Of a DNA stretch of 64,000 nucleotides, positions 53,491 through 62,612 are shown one piece after another. The first letter of the stretch is position 1. Every line of letters starts with the position of its first letter. The notes below the pieces were generated by a model. It saw nothing but the letters and a program-made list of their open reading frames with translations, was not told the DNA's origin and made no database searches. The position numbers were made by a program, and so were the translations under genes. This stretch comes from a virus (lineage: Duplodnaviria > Heunggongvirae > Uroviricota > Caudoviricetes). The stretch is from IMG/VR virus record IMGVR_UViG_3300044878_000087, positions 130,432 through 194,431 of that record, one strand, 5' to 3'.

Positions 53491-54206
53491 TATTCCATCC
53501 CAGGCATTAGTAGTACGGTTGTGTCGAAACCATCAGCACGAATGAAGTCAAAGAATGCACCTTCCATATCAGCTTCTTCTTCTTCTTCTGGTGCCCCGAG
53601 TTCTTTCAGGTGGTTATCGCAATAAGCAACAACCGCTTCTGTTTGGCGTCTCACCAGTCTTAGCATTTCTGCCGTAAGTAATAGCACTACAGTGATGGTC
53701 AAGTGCGTGGTGGTACGTGGGTTATCGTAATGATGATCTTCCCGCGTATCCAGCCCTGCACCAGCTACCACCATATCGAAGTTCTCACGGAGCTGATCAT
53801 AATGCATCAACGGCTGCGAGCGAAGCCCAGCTGTTTCTACTCTGATCCCCCAGGACATGACGTGATTAATCGTTGCGGCATTTACCATGTCATGTACAGC
53901 GCCGTACGAATTGGAGATCTCGTTCAGATCGGGCCAATACGTTTTGATGTCTTCTGGTAATACCCACAGGTTACCATCACCCATACGAGCAACAGGAATA
54001 GTGTGGATATTAACCTGGATCAGTTCTTTTGAATCGATCGATAGCTTTTCTGGTAGCCATGCCAATTGATCATACAGCAGATCATTCAAGTCGTACTTGT
54101 TGATCTGTGTGAATTCTGGTTTGTTGCTCAACTCACGAAAGATCTGGCCATCACGCTGAAAGAGATCACGCTTGACGATGTGGGCCTTTTGTTCCACCAG
54201 GTTCAC
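53490..54206 (-). CDS. hypothetical protein (238 aa), coupled upstream of the AAA+ ATPase
   Basis: 1-nt stop/start overlap. Confidence 0.55.
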   Translation of the reverse strand: MNLVEQKAHIVKRDLFQRDGQIFRELSNKPEFTQINKYDLNDLLYDQLAWLPEKLSIDSKELIQVNIHTIPVARMGDGNLWVLPEDIKTYWPDLNEISNSYGAVHDMVNAATINHVMSWGIRVETAGLRSQPLMHYDQLRENFDMVVAGAGLDTREDHHYDNPRTTTHLTITVVLLLTAEMLRLVRRQTEAVVAYCDNHLKELGAPEEEEEADMEGAFFDFIRADGFDTTVLLMPGME

Positions 54207-54919
54207 GCTTTACCTCCTTGGTGTACTTGCCAGCCAGCTGGCAGACTACGACGGGTTTTAGGTGCGGGCAATGCGGTACCACTTACATTGCCGAAGTTCA
54301 GCAATGGGGCAGCCTGTTCTTTAGCAGCAGGTTTTTCAGCACGCTGTGCAATGGTCGGACGGCGCATGAGTTCAACGTTGGTTGGCAGTTTATTACCTTC
54401 CTCATCATGGGTCTGTAGTTCGATACCGTGGACAGCGTAAGGTGCAGCTTCAATTGGTTTAGCGGCAGAGAAGGTTGGCGGCATGGTGTCTTGTGCAGAA
54501 CCGGGCCATACCACACCACTTTCATTCAGCATTTTGTGCAGATCTTGAACTTGCTGAATGGCGTACAGTTCACGCTCGTAGTTCGGAATCTGGAGAATGC
54601 TTTCATGTTGGTCACAGGTCGGCACAACGAAAGCCAGTACAGCTTCGTATGGAACTTCCAGAGAAACGTCTGCACCATTGAAGCCACACATGAAACTGAA
54701 GTTGTCTTCATTGTAGCGGAAGTTGCGTGTTGCTTGTGCAGCGATGTTCAAACGAATCTGATACAACCCGTTCACTTGTGGTTCCAACAAACCGACATCA
54801 AACATCCGAGCATCTGCGATGATGTGGATGCGACTGGAAATACCCATGTCGACGAACCATTGGATCATCGCGTTCATAATTACACGGCACATGTTGGTAT
54901 CATTTTGTACTTGATTCAC
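54203..54919 (-). CDS. hypothetical protein (238 aa), first gene of the AAA+ operon
   Basis: ATGA overlap. Confidence 0.55.
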   Translation of the reverse strand: MNQVQNDTNMCRVIMNAMIQWFVDMGISSRIHIIADARMFDVGLLEPQVNGLYQIRLNIAAQATRNFRYNEDNFSFMCGFNGADVSLEVPYEAVLAFVVPTCDQHESILQIPNYERELYAIQQVQDLHKMLNESGVVWPGSAQDTMPPTFSAAKPIEAAPYAVHGIELQTHDEEGNKLPTNVELMRRPTIAQRAEKPAAKEQAAPLLNFGNVSGTALPAPKTRRSLPAGWQVHQGGKA

Positions 54920-54929
54920 TTTTTATTCC

Positions 54930-55640
54930 TTAGTTGAATTGCCAGTTGGGATATTTGGAACTTTTTGCACGTCTTTTAGCTGATGACTTTGAAATACCAA
55001 ATGCCTTAGCTGCAAAGGAGGCACTTGGATAAACAATCCCATCAACGCTAATTGGATAACCTAACTTTTCTGTCGGTGCTGTACGTTGCCGATCTGTTAC
55101 TTCTACAAGTGCAGCTTTCGCTTTTCTCTCAGGTGTCCATGATTTAAGACTTGCCTTAGACATAGCTTCACGTCTTTCTGGTGACCATTGTTCTTTAACA
55201 GCTATACTTTTCTTAGCTCGTTCTTCATCAGTCCAGCGTTCTGATGATACCGCACTATGGGCTAATCTTTTATCGTCAGTCCACGCGATTGCCATTGCTG
55301 TCGCATGTTCTGCTTTTCTTTCAATCGTCCACGATGCAGATATTGCTTCTTTAACTACATCAGTGCGTGGCCGCCCCACTTGGTTCATCATGGCGATATT
55401 GTCGACATTATCATGGATCAAATGTAATTCGTGGGCGCGTGCATCTTCTATAGTCGCTTGCTCAGTAAACTCCCAGATTAGTTTCTTATCCAGATTAAAG
55501 TTGTACTGTAGCATTTCGTTAACATGTACTCCTCGCCGAAGATCGGACAAGTGGTAATGTCGACGTTTGATAAAGTTTTCAGTGCTGCCGATATAAAACA
55601 TCCCGGTAAAGGGATGGGTGATTCTGTATGTACCGATCAT
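54930..55640 (-). CDS. Seg-like GIY-YIG homing endonuclease with C-terminal repeated W(T/S)xER(K/R) NUMOD-like DNA-binding motifs
   Basis: GTYRITHPFTGMFYIGSTENF... GIY-YIG signature; four or more W.xER repeats; RBS AAGGAG; own promoter copy at 55677. Confidence 0.75.
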   Translation of the reverse strand: MIGTYRITHPFTGMFYIGSTENFIKRRHYHLSDLRRGVHVNEMLQYNFNLDKKLIWEFTEQATIEDARAHELHLIHDNVDNIAMMNQVGRPRTDVVKEAISASWTIERKAEHATAMAIAWTDDKRLAHSAVSSERWTDEERAKKSIAVKEQWSPERREAMSKASLKSWTPERKAKAALVEVTDRQRTAPTEKLGYPISVDGIVYPSASFAAKAFGISKSSAKRRAKSSKYPNWQFN

Positions 55641-55676
55641 ACATGGTCCTAAAATTCTCCTTTGGTATCAAGTTAG

Positions 55677-55695
55677 TTATATAGATTTCAGATTT
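55677..55695 (-). promoter_or_regulatory. minus-strand promoter-like motif AAATCTGAAATCTATATAAC (variant of the 19-mer family), upstream of the homing endonuclease gene
   Basis: family resemblance. Confidence 0.4.
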
Positions 55696-55701
55696 GTTGC
55701 A

Positions 55702-55917
55702 CTAAGCCCGCAGCACACCAAATATACAAAGCGCATCCACCACGCAGGCGACGAGCAAAATATACTTAAAGCGTCTTTTTGTTTTGGGTAGGTAGAAGGA
55801 CCACCACGTGTAGGCTGATCCACACCCAACCAAGATACCGATAGACAGGGTCTGAGCAATCGCCCAGAAGACGATAAACAGAATCGTGTGCTCGTTCATC
55901 GTTTCCAGATCTTCCAC
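55702..55917 (-). CDS. small membrane protein (71 aa or 65 aa from the second ATG)
   Basis: hydrophobic ORF. Confidence 0.4.
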   Translation of the reverse strand: MEDLETMNEHTILFIVFWAIAQTLSIGILVGCGSAYTWWSFYLPKTKRRFKYILLVACVVDALCIFGVLRA

Positions 55918-56019
55918 AGTGTACTGCCAAGTTCATAAAGGCCATAGCAAACTAATCCTACAGCTACAACCATCATGCCCAGTTCGATATACATGTCTTG
56001 CGCATTGAATAGAATCATT
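55897..56019 (-). CDS. possible 40-aa membrane peptide (MILFNAQDMYIELGMMVVAVGLVCYGLYELG...)
   Basis: ATGA/AATGA overlaps with both neighbours; no clear RBS. Confidence 0.25.
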
Positions 56020-56191
56020 TTATTAGCATCGCTATTAATACACCGATTAACATTAACACCAGTCCAGCAAACCCTTGGTCAGCAGCTGCTCGACCGGTGT
56101 CGTGTGCATCTGCCTGTGATTCCCGACGCTCGAAGAAGATACTACATCCAGTCGAGAATATTACAATTGCTACTACCCACAACACCCACAT
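56016..56191 (-). CDS. possible 58-aa two-TM peptide (MWVLWVVAIVIFSTGC...)
   Basis: TAATG overlap with the upstream gene. Confidence 0.3.
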
Positions 56192-56373
56192 TACTTCGCT
56201 CCCAGTACCAACAAGCCAATACCAACAAAGAACATAAACCAGAAGATCGCTTTAGCTACTCCTGTGTGAATGTCTTTGGAAGTAGCCAGCATAAAACCAA
56301 AGAACATCAGTATCGAACCGATGACTTGGGTGAGTGTAGCGGGGTTCGTATATGCCAACATGTTAAACTCCAA
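56191..56373 (-). CDS. small membrane protein (60 aa)
   Basis: hydrophobic ORF. Confidence 0.4.
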   Translation of the reverse strand: MEFNMLAYTNPATLTQVIGSILMFFGFMLATSKDIHTGVAKAIFWFMFFVGIGLLVLGAK

Positions 56374-56572
56374 TGAGATGAATTAGAGCACCTGCAATGA
56401 TTGCCACCACACTACCAGCAACAACCGGTTTGTTAGTTCCCAACATATCGCCAAAGCCGAAAAAGAATCCCATGAATCCCAGGGTAATTAAGGTTGTTCC
56501 GAATGTTTCCATATAAATCTCGATACATGAAAAGGGACATAAAGCCTTCCGCGAGGGAAGGCTAAATATCAA
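56363..56572 (-). CDS. small membrane protein (69 aa)
   Basis: hydrophobic ORF. Confidence 0.4.
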   Translation of the reverse strand: MIFSLPSRKALCPFSCIEIYMETFGTTLITLGFMGFFFGFGDMLGTNKPVVAGSVVAIIAGALIHLIGV

Positions 56573-56943
56573 TACGCTAATGTTACGGTATGCCCGTAAT
56601 CATTCTGCATGCAGCTGACGTACGAAGTCTGATACGTGTCAATAGGATTTTTCTTTTCCCGATAGACTGTATCCACTTCTGTTACCGCTTTAGGAAGAAT
56701 GCTGTAAAGAACGTTATCTTTATTCTTCACAACGTATCCCTTTAGGGAGAGAAGGTTAGAGCGCCATTGTTGCTTGGACTCCCCGCGTGATTTCGCTTCT
56801 GCTCCAGCCTTGGCCATTTCGGCTAGACTTTCACAGTAGGTACCATTCACGACAACCGTCTCTGTTGCCATTGAATTACTCGCAGCCGCTAATGCGGTTA
56901 CAAGAACCAACGACCTCAGTACGTGTGTTAAACATTGCATCAC
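56569..56943 (-). CDS. secreted hypothetical protein (124 aa)
   Basis: N-terminal signal peptide. Confidence 0.5.
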   Translation of the reverse strand: MMQCLTHVLRSLVLVTALAAASNSMATETVVVNGTYCESLAEMAKAGAEAKSRGESKQQWRSNLLSLKGYVVKNKDNVLYSILPKAVTEVDTVYREKKNPIDTYQTSYVSCMQNDYGHTVTLAY

Positions 56944-56988
56944 GTTGCCTCATGGTTGATGGGTCAGAATATAATGACACTCAAGTCA

Positions 56989-57435
56989 TTATTCGTAGAG
57001 CCCATTGATCCGCAATGCGTAATAGCCATTGGCATTATCCAGCGTGAATCCGGTACGTGTGGTGCCTTTTACGCGCTTGTCTTTAGGAACCAGGACATTG
57101 CCCAGATCACGGCGCAGACACAGCAAACTGGTCAATGGATTGTGATCACTGGTGTGATATGGGAACAAATCGCTATTACACCCAACGATCTTTTCCCCGT
57201 CCATGTAACCAACACCGACACCAACAACGAACTTACCTTCTGGGATAACCAGAGGGTTTACTTTGAGGTCTTGCTCAGACGTCGTAGGGATTGCTTTGTT
57301 GATCAAATCATCCATTGTGTATGAATCATCTAAATCTTCATTCCATACCCAGAGGTCTTTATCTGGCTCTTTCTGCATGAAGCCTTTGAGCGTTGCCAGG
57401 TGTTCGTTGTCCAATAGGTAAAAGGTGGTCGACAT
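56989..57435 (-). CDS. hypothetical protein (148 aa)
   Basis: ORF. Confidence 0.5.
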   Translation of the reverse strand: MSTTFYLLDNEHLATLKGFMQKEPDKDLWVWNEDLDDSYTMDDLINKAIPTTSEQDLKVNPLVIPEGKFVVGVGVGYMDGEKIVGCNSDLFPYHTSDHNPLTSLLCLRRDLGNVLVPKDKRVKGTTRTGFTLDNANGYYALRINGLYE

Positions 57436-57897
57436 TTATACGTTCCGATCAATTTGAGTAACAGCTGCGATATGGTTACGACACAAGGCAACACTCTCGC
57501 CTTCTTCGTCCCAACCCATACCCCAGCCACGAATTTCCATACCCACCATCATAAAGCCATGGGTGGTACGAGCATGTGCGATTACTGCATCTTTGCTATC
57601 TGCCAGGACCACTTGTAACGAAGTATCGGTATCACCCGATAGATTCGTCCACACAACGTCCTGAGCATGTACTGTACCATTGTGGTTCAGCACCAAACGT
57701 GTACCGATTTGGAGTTCCGTTTCCGGATCATACCCAACCAGTTCACCAGAGCGATTCTTTCGCAGCCAACGCGCTTCCCGCATCAGCAGCTTTTCTACGA
57801 GTGCAGCTTGCAACGAGCCTTCAGGTAAGTAGGTATTAGCAGTGATGTTAATCCCCACGTCTTCGAAAGCCTTTCTGGCAATTACGGGATGCAGCAT
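57436..57897 (-). CDS. hypothetical protein (153 aa)
   Basis: ORF. Confidence 0.5.
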   Translation of the reverse strand: MLHPVIARKAFEDVGINITANTYLPEGSLQAALVEKLLMREARWLRKNRSGELVGYDPETELQIGTRLVLNHNGTVHAQDVVWTNLSGDTDTSLQVVLADSKDAVIAHARTTHGFMMVGMEIRGWGMGWDEEGESVALCRNHIAAVTQIDRNV

Positions 57898-57900
57898 AGT

Positions 57901-58113
57901 CTACCTTTTCTTTTTCTCTAACTCTTCCACGCGGGCTTCGAGTTCTGCATTCTTCTTAACCAACCCACTCATCTGTTTAACCAGCTTAAGGTTATCATCA
58001 ATGAGTGTTTGCATCTGGTCCTGAAGTGCATGTATCATCTCAGTCTTTGTCTTCATGATTAGATCGTTATCGAAAACCCAATCATGGCGATGGGTCTTGT
58101 TGTGGAATGCCAC
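57901..58113 (-). CDS. small coiled-coil protein (70 aa)
   Basis: heptad-like KLVKQMSGLVKKNAELEARVEELEKKK. Confidence 0.4.
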   Translation of the reverse strand: MAFHNKTHRHDWVFDNDLIMKTKTEMIHALQDQMQTLIDDNLKLVKQMSGLVKKNAELEARVEELEKKKR

Positions 58114-58129
58114 AGATACCTAACCTTCT

Positions 58130-58507
58130 TCATACTGCTATACTCCACAGGTGTGAAGATATTGCAGGATCTTGAGAAAACTCCACTACAGTTTGGAATG
58201 GGGTTAACCGACGCATGCTAACAGGTTTGATCCAACGGAATCGCTTGAGCTGTAATTCAACTTCCAGTTCAGCAATCATCTCGTTTTGAATGCGATCGAA
58301 GAATGTAAAGATAATCCGATTAGGGAATTCGAGTTGGGGCTCTTTATAGAATCCCAATTCTGATTCGTAAATCTGTGGCCCTTGTGTTACGGACAGTACA
58401 TTGGCATCAATGAACGTGTGGTCCTTTGAGCCAACGTGTACTAACGAGTGCGACCTGCCTGATACTACTCCGGGATTGGAATAGTCAAGCGTAAGTTGCG
58501 TCTTCAT
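58130..58507 (-). CDS. hypothetical protein (125 aa)
   Basis: ORF. Confidence 0.5.
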   Translation of the reverse strand: MKTQLTLDYSNPGVVSGRSHSLVHVGSKDHTFIDANVLSVTQGPQIYESELGFYKEPQLEFPNRIIFTFFDRIQNEMIAELEVELQLKRFRWIKPVSMRRLTPFQTVVEFSQDPAISSHLWSIAV

Positions 58508-58916
58508 GAATATCCTCGTATTGAACGAGGAAAGCTACTGTCACTTGCTGCGCAGCTTGAACAATCTCTTCCGGGATGTTGCCACTTAACAATTCAGAAC
58601 CGATGACGATCCGATTATGTGGACCACCTACCAGTATGGCAGCTACCCGATGCAGGTTGCTCCAAACATCAACCCATTGCCCACTGAAATCATCAATGTG
58701 GCCTGGACGAATGGTGAATGTAAAGCCTGGAGCTGGAACACCGGTGTACTGTGCAGAAATTTGAACTGGGGTAATCCAATGGAACTTGGCATTATCAACA
58801 CCTAAGACATTAGGCAATTGATGACAATCTTGTCCTTGGATTGGAACCTGAACAATAACTTGCTTTACGCCGCTGCTTTCATCGACTGGCATTCTGCGGA
58901 TGGACAGTTCTGACAT
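58485..58916 (-). CDS. hypothetical protein (143 aa)
   Basis: ORF. Confidence 0.5.
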   Translation of the reverse strand: MSELSIRRMPVDESSGVKQVIVQVPIQGQDCHQLPNVLGVDNAKFHWITPVQISAQYTGVPAPGFTFTIRPGHIDDFSGQWVDVWSNLHRVAAILVGGPHNRIVIGSELLSGNIPEEIVQAAQQVTVAFLVQYEDIHEDATYA

Positions 58917-59299
58917 TTGCTTTCCTCGGTGGGTTGAACGGTAACGTGTAGATCCAGACCAGCTGGACGGTGCAACGGGTTACTGAGTCTCAGAGTATAA
59001 ACTCCGGCTTTCAGGTCAATGAACAGTGTACCAAGTTTGGTAGACTCGCTCGGACCCTTCTCGTAAATCGTGCGCTGATACACCCCAGGGATGAGTGCTT
59101 CATTCGCAATGAAATAATCTTTAGTTTCTACGCCTTGTGCATCGAGCAGCTTGCAGCAGATGATCTTTTCAATTTTAGTGCCATCTTTGAAAAGTGTACG
59201 GCTATCATCAGAGCCAATATCGAGTACGGGAATCAGTGCAACTTTAGTCAACGTCTTAACTCCGGTTATTGTATTTAAGGATAAGGATGTTGCATGCAA
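58865..59299 (-). CDS. hypothetical protein (144 aa)
   Basis: ORF; 52-bp overlap with the downstream gene. Confidence 0.5.
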   Translation of the reverse strand: MHATSLSLNTITGVKTLTKVALIPVLDIGSDDSRTLFKDGTKIEKIICCKLLDAQGVETKDYFIANEALIPGVYQRTIYEKGPSESTKLGTLFIDLKAGVYTLRLSNPLHRPAGLDLHVTVQPTEESKCQNCPSAECQSMKAAA

Positions 59300-59464
59300 C
59301 CATGTTACAGAATAAAAGCCTCCCTCCTTTGCTCTTAGTGGGACTGTTCACCTATACTAAGAGGAGGCTGAGTATAAAAAAGAAAAAATGAGTAGTATGG
59401 ACTCCCCTAACCCGAAGGCCAGAGGAGTCCATTCCGAATAGGAAGAACTATGCTGATGAAACCC

Positions 59465-59659
59465 TTAAAGCATAGTTGTATCACCGATGCCGTGCATTGC
59501 TACGGTTGAGACGTCTGCACTCCGATAGTGAGAGTCAGTAGCAGTAACAGCTGTCTGGTGGTGTGTGAATTGGGGTATGAAGCGATCAACCATGCGATAC
59601 GCTGGGATCAGGTCTTCAAAGGAAATAATGGTATTATTTAGATTAAGATGTGCAAGCAT
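59465..59659 (-). CDS. small hypothetical protein (64 aa)
   Basis: ORF. Confidence 0.35.
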   Translation of the reverse strand: MLAHLNLNNTIISFEDLIPAYRMVDRFIPQFTHHQTAVTATDSHYRSADVSTVAMHGIGDTTML

Positions 59660-59706
59660 GAGAACCTTCCTCCTGGAAGTAAATCATCCTGGCTACAGTA
59701 ATTAGA

Positions 59707-59994
59707 TTACGGTAGTCGGAACAACTGCAGCTGTAACTGTACGATTTGCAACCGATACTCGCCGGTGTAGCGTTCAGTATTGTAGTAATGGTCGTAGATT
59801 GCATTCACTCTGGTTGTGATGCTTTCTAATACCTCCATTGCCCTGCTGATATCGCGTTGAAAAATCAACTCGGTATTTAACAGGATGTTTAGGTGTTTCA
59901 CGATCTTACGAATATCTTCTGGTGGAGCACCATGTAGGTAAAGACGGGCTGTCTCTAGTACACAAAGCTTCCAGACTTCTGGGCTTATCATCAT
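59707..59994 (-). CDS. hypothetical protein (95 aa)
   Basis: RBS AAGGAG. Confidence 0.45.
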   Translation of the reverse strand: MMISPEVWKLCVLETARLYLHGAPPEDIRKIVKHLNILLNTELIFQRDISRAMEVLESITTRVNAIYDHYYNTERYTGEYRLQIVQLQLQLFRLP

Positions 59995-60019
59995 AGCTTA
60001 CTCCTTGCTGGGACATATT

Positions 60020-60039
60020 GGCTCTCCCGGAGGAGAGCC
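60020..60039. terminator. palindromic hairpin GGCTCTCC-CGGA-GGAGAGCC with flanks CATATT / TTTATGCG; near-identical to the element at 11647
   Basis: about 32-nt match (CATATTGGCTCTCC..GGAGAGCCTTTATGC) to the convergence-point element. Confidence 0.45.
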
Positions 60040-60053
60040 TTTATGCGATGGGT

Positions 60054-60344
60054 TTATACAACGTAGTCTTCGTAGCGGGGGAGATCGATCACTTGTCCGA
60101 TGGCTTGCTGATCGTCACGGCATTCCAGCACGAAGGCATAGAACTCCGCATTAGACGATTCACGGAACCACTGCATTACATCATGGTATTCGCCGATCTT
60201 CTTGCGCTGCTCCAACAACAAGCGTCGTACTTCTGACAGCTTCGCTGGATACCGACTACCATTGCAATTGATCGCGAAATCAATTACGGAATAAGACATC
60301 TTCTTCACAGTGCGTGCACGATGAAACTCAAAATCGATTTCCAT
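60054..60344 (-). CDS. hypothetical protein (96 aa)
   Basis: RBS AAGGA. Confidence 0.45.
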   Translation of the reverse strand: MEIDFEFHRARTVKKMSYSVIDFAINCNGSRYPAKLSEVRRLLLEQRKKIGEYHDVMQWFRESSNAEFYAFVLECRDDQQAIGQVIDLPRYEDYVV

Positions 60345-60383
60345 GATGTAATCCTTACTAATTTGAGGGCTAGCTTCAAGACC

Positions 60384-60400
60384 GTAATATAGTCCCCAGA
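60384..60400 (-). promoter_or_regulatory. minus-strand sigma70-like promoter CTGATT-N17-TATATT (core GACTATATTACG)
   Basis: lies in the 66-bp gap between the 60411 stop and the 60344 start. Confidence 0.4.
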
Positions 60401-60410
60401 TAGTTTTAAA

Positions 60411-61685
60411 TCAGTAGGTCGGTGCTTCCGGATACAGCTCGTTGGTAATGATGAATGGACCACTTGGAACATCGTGATCACTACGTGGTGCACGTGTAAA
60501 ATATACCCGTTCCCACTTCGGCAAGAATGGCTCAGCTCCAATGTCAGAGAATCCTGCCGGGCTAGAGCTATGCTCCGATCCATCCTTCAGCAAGTAGCGG
60601 ATGTTATCCACATACAGCCGACCATTCATCTCACAGCGTTCGAGTGCCAACCGATTCGATGCAGCTTGGTACAACTTACCGAGGTTGACGATCATGCCCT
60701 TGTAGAGTACCTCTGAGTCGACTTCGATACGGAACCGTTGACGAGTGAAGGTATCTTTCATCTTGCCTTCTACGAGGGCTACGTAAGCTTCAGAGCCTAC
60801 GTCTTCATCGTCCTTCAACCGGATTACTCGGATAGGATCAAATAGCGTTACGATCTTTTTGTCATCCCCACAGTACAGTTCAAACGTCCCAGCCTTTTTC
60901 ATCATCTCTTCCATCACCCACAACAACATGTCGGTATGTGGAAGAACAGCTTCATCTGTAGCTTCATTGTAGAGCATGATCGAAACTGAGCGCGACAAAG
61001 ACTTGTATTCGATTTTGTCATAGCTATCGAATGGCGTGAGTACGAGGGAACCATTGTCCAACTTACCCAACACAATCAACTTGGTTTTATTCCATTCCTC
61101 AGCAACTTTGAATCGAACGAGCAATTGCGACACGCCAGGAAAGATCGTGTTGTCTATGTAAGCATCGGTATTCTTATAATGACGGTGCATGAGATGATGA
61201 TGACTAGGACGCTTCTTATAATGCACCTGGTTAGTAAACCGTGGCATTACTTGGTACGTCTGTGGATCGATTTCATGTCGTTCAGGATCACGATGACGAT
61301 AGTCTTCTTCATCACCGTGATACACAGATGTGGTATGGAGATACTTGCCACACTCTACACCCTGCTCGTAGATATCCGACAGCGATACTGGCAGCAACGT
61401 ATTGCAGTCAAAGAGCGTGATGGATTTTTCCATGGCATCAACGATGTCAGCACCATAGCCAATCGAGCACACCCCACGATAGATCGTATCGTTGTTGTAG
61501 CACTTGATTTCGATCCGCGTGGCTTGGGTATGCTTGATGTCTTTGTTCAGCGCAGTCAACCAATCATTGTAACGATTGGAACGACAGAAAGTCTCTGGTG
61601 GTTTTTCTTCTGGTGCAGCTGGTGTTACTTCAACAGTCTTACCGAACAGCTTACTCGAAACCCAATCACAAAATGACATCTTCAA
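60411..61685 (-). CDS. hypothetical protein (424 aa)
   Basis: long ORF. Confidence 0.6.
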   Translation of the reverse strand: MKMSFCDWVSSKLFGKTVEVTPAAPEEKPPETFCRSNRYNDWLTALNKDIKHTQATRIEIKCYNNDTIYRGVCSIGYGADIVDAMEKSITLFDCNTLLPVSLSDIYEQGVECGKYLHTTSVYHGDEEDYRHRDPERHEIDPQTYQVMPRFTNQVHYKKRPSHHHLMHRHYKNTDAYIDNTIFPGVSQLLVRFKVAEEWNKTKLIVLGKLDNGSLVLTPFDSYDKIEYKSLSRSVSIMLYNEATDEAVLPHTDMLLWVMEEMMKKAGTFELYCGDDKKIVTLFDPIRVIRLKDDEDVGSEAYVALVEGKMKDTFTRQRFRIEVDSEVLYKGMIVNLGKLYQAASNRLALERCEMNGRLYVDNIRYLLKDGSEHSSSPAGFSDIGAEPFLPKWERVYFTRAPRSDHDVPSGPFIITNELYPEAPTY

Positions 61686-61688
61686 TCC

Positions 61689-62603
61689 TTAAGGAAAACC
61701 AACTGGAAGTTTTGCTGCGTATTTGTAATCACAGGTACCATGGAATCCGGCACTCGTTGTTTCCTTCAGAAAGAAACGATTATCGGGGTGTTCATTCTTG
61801 AGCCACTTGATACGCTGTGGCTTAGGGTTCATACCAAACTTGACATTGATCATATCAACATCAAGAGACCAGCTACCTTCACCATGATCGTAACCATCCT
61901 TTACAGACTTGACGAACACACCTAGATCCACGACTGGGAAGGCACTGTTGTCGAGCAAGTCAATATTGAATATTACGTCATAGGAAATGAATTCTTTTAT
62001 TCCAGGGCAACCTTCGATATCACGCAGTTGTGTATACGCACCCATCTTGTCATCGGTAACAGGGACAATCTCAACAATCGGCTTCCAACGCGCTACGAGT
62101 TCATTTGTCATCAGATCCCATAGTTTTACGGTATATGGGTCACCAACAATTCGAGAACTCCCACCCAAGTTATCGAGCAACATACTGGGGAATCGGACTA
62201 CTTCTGCGCCGGCAGTGTAGAATTGCATCCAGTCGCCTTGCACGCTATCGATGGTAAGGTACATTTCCTCATCACCGATACACATGAAACGTATCCCCTC
62301 GAAAGGGAGTGCTCCACGCATTTTCATGAAGGCGACCAATGCAACTGCCGCATGATGAAGGTAACCGTAATTTTCACGATCCCGCGAATACCAACTGCAC
62401 GAACCTGGGCAGGGGATAGTCAGCAACAACGGATCGATCGGACGAAGAGAATTGGTAAGATAGGCTTTAAGATCGCCATTCTTATCTCTTGCCAGAGTAG
62501 CATTTGTTTTAGCATCAACTCGCCATAATGGAGCATACGTGGCGATATCTTCATGCTTAAGCATTTTCTGGAGACGGCGTTCATTGCGGTACGACTCAAA
62601 CAT
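61689..62603 (-). CDS. hypothetical protein (304 aa)
   Basis: long ORF. Confidence 0.6.
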   Translation of the reverse strand: MFESYRNERRLQKMLKHEDIATYAPLWRVDAKTNATLARDKNGDLKAYLTNSLRPIDPLLLTIPCPGSCSWYSRDRENYGYLHHAAVALVAFMKMRGALPFEGIRFMCIGDEEMYLTIDSVQGDWMQFYTAGAEVVRFPSMLLDNLGGSSRIVGDPYTVKLWDLMTNELVARWKPIVEIVPVTDDKMGAYTQLRDIEGCPGIKEFISYDVIFNIDLLDNSAFPVVDLGVFVKSVKDGYDHGEGSWSLDVDMINVKFGMNPKPQRIKWLKNEHPDNRFFLKETTSAGFHGTCDYKYAAKLPVGFP

Positions 62604-62612
62604 TACAACTCC

